From positions 1-5,741 of the IMG/VR virus record IMGVR_UViG_3300045988_016256: 5,741 bases of DNA. One strand, 5' to 3'. Positions within the stretch are counted from its first letter, which is position 1, and the number at the start of each line of letters is the position of its first letter. The translations under genes were made by a program, and so were the position numbers. Source of the DNA: a virus. The notes below the pieces were generated by a model. The model worked only from the letters and a program-made list of their open reading frames with translations, was not told the origin of the DNA and did no database searches. Below are positions 4,329 through 5,741 of the stretch, one piece after another.

Positions 4329-4822
4329 TCTTTAGCCTCCGCTGCTTCTGCTGTCTTCGTTGCTTCGGATTCGGCCTTTTTTTCTTGGTAAATGCCCAGA
4401 TTTTTGGCCCATTCGATGCTTCCGAAACTTGCGATGAATTTGTCTACGTCGTTGTCAAACTTGAGCTTGATGTCTTTCGGCACCTCGTCCCAGATTTGTT
4501 CTGCTCGCATCATGATGTTCTGGAGTTCGGCCAGATTCTGCGGTGCTTCGGTGTAGTCTTGGATGCCGCCTCCGATGTCCGGCTTGATACGTGCTGCAAT
4601 GTCTGGGTCGATGCTTGCTCTCCGGATGATGTTTTCCAGTTTGGTTTCCTCGAGATAGCTGTCGATTTCTTCCTGCTGGTCGATGGTCTGGTCGAGTCTT
4701 AGCACTTTTTCGCCTTTTTCGTTGCGTTCCCAGAGGTATGTGCGTCTTACGGTTTCCCCGGCCTCGGTCGGCTTTGCTGTGGCGGTCTGCCGCCAGTTAC
4801 TTACTGAGCGATATGCCATCAA
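4325..4822 (-). CDS. VP3: Internal scaffolding protein VP3.
   Basis: - The ORF encodes 165 aa (164 aa from the ATG) and lies immediately upstream of, and overlapping, VP1.
- It is acidic and helical.
- The block APQNLAELQNIMMRAEQIWDEVPKDIKLKFDNDVDKFI resembles the conserved C-terminal half of gokushovirus VP3.
- The track start, TTG 4822, is followed by ATG 4819. AAGGAGA lies 6 or 9 nt upstream, so either codon could be the start. Confidence 0.75.
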   Translation of the reverse strand: MMAYRSVSNWRQTATAKPTEAGETVRRTYLWERNEKGEKVLRLDQTIDQQEEIDSYLEETKLENIIRRASIDPDIAARIKPDIGGGIQDYTEAPQNLAELQNIMMRAEQIWDEVPKDIKLKFDNDVDKFIASFGSIEWAKNLGIYQEKKAESEATKTAEAAEAKE

Positions 4823-5039
4823 AGATGTTCTCCTTCTCGTTCTCGAACAGGCCGGTTTTTTCGTCGAATTTCGCCAGTCTGACCAGCCTGTAGTCGCTCG
4901 GCGTCTTGCTCATCATGTTGTGTTCGTCGGTGAGCGCAATCTTAAAATTGCGCTCCGCCACCTTGTCTTCTCGCTCCGTGAAGATGGTGATGTAGCCCAT
5001 CACACAGTTGTCGAAGATGCCGTACACGTTGTTGCTCAT
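4797..5039 (-). CDS. 80-aa VP5-like non-structural protein. This is the track ORF 4797..5186 trimmed to its internal ATG.
   Basis: - ATG 5039..5037 has GGAGG 8 nt upstream (CTGGAGGAAAAGCAAATG).
- The track's longer form starts at a TTG without an SD and reads through two other genes out of frame.
- The pattern resembles the small VP5/ORF5 proteins of gokushoviruses, recalled from memory and not searched: MSNNVYGIFDN...F..EREDKVAERNF......PSDYRLVRLAKFDEKTGLF. Confidence 0.6.
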   Translation of the reverse strand: MSNNVYGIFDNCVMGYITIFTEREDKVAERNFKIALTDEHNMMSKTPSDYRLVRLAKFDEKTGLFENEKENIFDGISLSK

Positions 5040-5143
5040 TTGCTTTTCCTCCAGTTTTTGATGATGTCGATGCCCATTGCGATGAGCGCGAATGCTGCGC
5101 TGCACATTGCGATGATGGTTGCTCCGGCTCCTACTGCAATCAT
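5036..5143 (-). CDS. Unannotated 35-aa single-pass membrane peptide MIAVGAGATIIAMCSAAFALIAMGIDIIKNWRKSK.
   Basis: - My own translation; the ORF is too short for the supplied track.
- ATG 5143..5141 lies 5 nt after the ORF8-like stop (5151..5149).
- TGA 5038..5036 overlaps the next gene's ATG (ATGA).
- It exactly fills the only gap in this gene chain.
- A hydrophobic core of about 26 aa rich in small residues is followed by the basic tail KNWRKSK.
- The SD is weak, so translational coupling is presumed. Confidence 0.5.
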   Translation of the reverse strand: MIAVGAGATIIAMCSAAFALIAMGIDIIKNWRKSK

Positions 5144-5148
5144 GACGT

Positions 5149-5268
5149 TCACAGCCTGATGCCCCCTCGCATTGCGCCGCTGCCAAGGTTGATTGCCTTG
5201 GTCTTTTTTGCGGTCTTGTTGTAGATTTTTGCGTCCTTGGACTTGCGGACTTTACTCCTCTTTGCCAT
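5149..5268 (-). CDS. 39-aa Arg/Lys-rich DNA-binding/packaging protein, a gokushovirus ORF8 and phiX174 J analogue.
   Basis: The sequence MAKRSKVRKSKDAKIYNKTAKKTKAINLGSGAMRGGIRL has a very basic N-terminus. Its C-terminal MRGGIRL matches the MRGGIR(F/L) ending I recall for gokushovirus ORF8 proteins. ATG 5268..5266 follows a weak SD (GAAGGGAAA). The track's 63-aa form begins at a TTG with no SD. Confidence 0.7.
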   Translation of the reverse strand: MAKRSKVRKSKDAKIYNKTAKKTKAINLGSGAMRGGIRL

Positions 5269-5473
5269 GGTTGATTTCCCTTCTGAGGATTTCCACCTCA
5301 ATTTCCGTTGCTTTTGCTTTTTTGCGGAATGCCATGTCAAGGTAAAATTTTGCGTCGTCGTACTTTGCGGCCTGTCGGAGCAGCTTGTATGCGGCGTCGA
5401 TTTCCTTGTAGGTTCGCGTCAGTTCCTCCATGAGGTTCGCATCGGTCTGGTCTCTTACGTTCCACGTTTTCAC
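5252..5473 (-). CDS. Hypothetical 73-aa helical protein.
   Basis: The GTG start (5473..5471) has GAGGAG 8 nt upstream. The 3' end overlaps the ORF8-like start by 17 nt. The sequence is charged and predicted helical (EELTRTYKEIDAAYKLLRQAAKYDDAKFYLDMAFRKKAKATEIEVEILRRE). No family recognised. Confidence 0.55.
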   Translation of the reverse strand: MKTWNVRDQTDANLMEELTRTYKEIDAAYKLLRQAAKYDDAKFYLDMAFRKKAKATEIEVEILRREINHGKEE

Positions 5474-5664
5474 CTTGGTTACTCCTCGGGTTCGTTGTTG
5501 CCCTCTACTGCGTGATAAATCTTGTCCAGCATAGCCAAGATTTTGCGGATGTTGTTAAACAGCGCGTTGATTTCCTTGATGGTCAGAGCGGTTCACCTCT
5601 TTCTAAAAATTATTTTGTATAAATGGCATTGTAAAACAGCACTTTCCGCTGTCTAACTATTTAT

Positions 5665-5693
5665 GTTGTATCACAAAAAAGAGGGCTTGTCAA
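5665..5693 (-). promoter_or_regulatory. Possible promoter for the structural operon, embedded in the junction terminator.
   Basis: The minus strand reads GGGC-TTGACA-AGCCCTCTTTTTTG-TGA-TACAAC.
- The -35 is TTGACA (5693..5688), located in the terminator loop and 3' arm.
- The spacer is 17 nt.
- The extended TG is at 5673..5672.
- The -10 is TACAAC (5670..5665). It matches 4 of 6 positions and lacks the conserved final T. Confidence 0.35.
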
Positions 5694-5700
5694 GCCCTCT
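5675..5700 (-). terminator. Intrinsic terminator after ORF 24..245, spanning the circular junction.
   Basis: The mRNA strand reads UAA-AAUGCACUA-AGAGGGCUU-GAC-AAGCCCUCU-UUUUU-GUGA. The perfect 9-bp stem pairs 5692..5700 with 5680..5688 and is followed by U5. The left-end copy of the 5' arm is at 1..14. Confidence 0.75.
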
Positions 5701-5741
5701 TAGTGCATTTTATTTTTCCCAATCGAATGCTCTTGCGTCTC
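5687..5741. repeat. Terminal direct repeat, right copy, a duplicate of 1..55.
   Basis: Same 55-mer as 1..55. This is redundant sequence, not a biological LTR or ITR. Confidence 0.9.

Noticed and set aside
1750-5159. Long plus-strand ORFs antisense to VP2, VP1, VP3 and VP5 (1750..2148, 2145..2531, 2946..3377, 3624..4241, 4385..4702, 4683..5159).
   Set aside because: These are typical shadow ORFs opposite genuine genes. They have Cys, Leu and Val-rich unnatural compositions, no ribosome-binding sites that I could see, and no recognisable motifs.
5040-5340. The longer track versions of two genes: 4797..5186 (129 aa) and 5149..5340 (63 aa).
   Set aside because: Both begin at TTG codons without an SD and run out of frame through neighbouring genes. 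Internal ATGs with SDs give products of the expected size and character (80-aa VP5-like, 39-aa ORF8-like).
5608-5635. An alternative operon promoter, TTTACA (5635..5630) with AATAAT 15 nt downstream.
   Set aside because: The spacer is short, the -35 is imperfect, and the context is AT-rich, where such matches are common. It is kept only as a fallback to the 5665..5693 candidate.
5661-5671. TTATGTTGTAT, resembling the XerD-binding arm of dif (TTATGTTAAAT). This raised the possibility of XerCD-mediated lysogeny, as reported for some enterobacterial gokushoviruses.
   Set aside because: Only the 7-nt core matches. No credible XerC arm (..CATAA or ..AGAA) lies at the required 6-nt spacing upstream. 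The bases are already explained by the putative -10 region. It would need a dif-motif model search against the presumed host.
1-5741. CRISPR array, tRNA or rRNA, transposase or integrase, toxin-antitoxin or other defence-type modules.
   Set aside because: There are no spaced identical repeats with unique spacers, no tRNA-like cloverleaf or T-loop motif, and no ORF with recombinase, nuclease or NTPase motifs other than the HUH Rep. The coding capacity is fully accounted for by a microvirus gene set plus small orphan ORFs.

Overview
The window is a complete circular ssDNA phage genome of the family Microviridae, Gokushovirinae-like. The first 55 nt (1..55) are identical to the last 55 nt (5687..5741), so this is a circle of 5,686 nt opened arbitrarily with an assembly overlap.

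All credible genes lie on the minus strand. The deposited + strand is therefore most likely the complement of the packaged, mRNA-sense strand.

Gene order on the coding strand, reading from 5586 down to 24:
- possible 35-aa non-AUG ORF
- 73-aa helical hypothetical protein
- 39-aa Arg/Lys-rich ORF8/J-like DNA-binding protein
- unannotated 35-aa transmembrane peptide
- 80-aa VP5-like protein
- VP3 scaffold (165 aa)
- VP1 major capsid (573 aa)
- VP2 pilot/minor capsid (279 aa)
- VP4 HUH replication initiator (339 aa)
- 457-nt non-coding region (246..702)
- 73-aa orphan ORF (24..245)
- intrinsic terminator spanning the circular junction

Genes are chained by overlaps (GTGA, ATGA, TAATG) and preceded by strong Shine-Dalgarno (SD) sites (GGAGG, GAGGAG, AAGGAG). 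Together with a perfect TTGACA/TGnTATAAT promoter, this argues by inference for an SD-using host, possibly Bacillota-like and not Bacteroidota.

The parts worth a second look:
1. The large, highly organised non-coding region. It has three doublets of TTCAACA, TTTTCCAC repeats, four hairpins, a 23-nt A/T-only tract, an alternating Pu/Py GC palindrome, and a phiX174-origin-like TGATATTA on the coding strand.
2. A consensus promoter that sits on top of the start codon of the orphan 73-aa ORF. With the junction terminator it forms a self-contained cassette.
3. A gap-filling 35-aa membrane peptide, a candidate lysis or membrane effector.
4. The VP1-VP2 junction, where a GC hairpin separates a purine SD tract from the VP2 ATG and instead places it at ideal spacing from an overprinted 76-aa basic ORF.

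No homology search could be run. Family calls rest on motifs I recognise in the translations.
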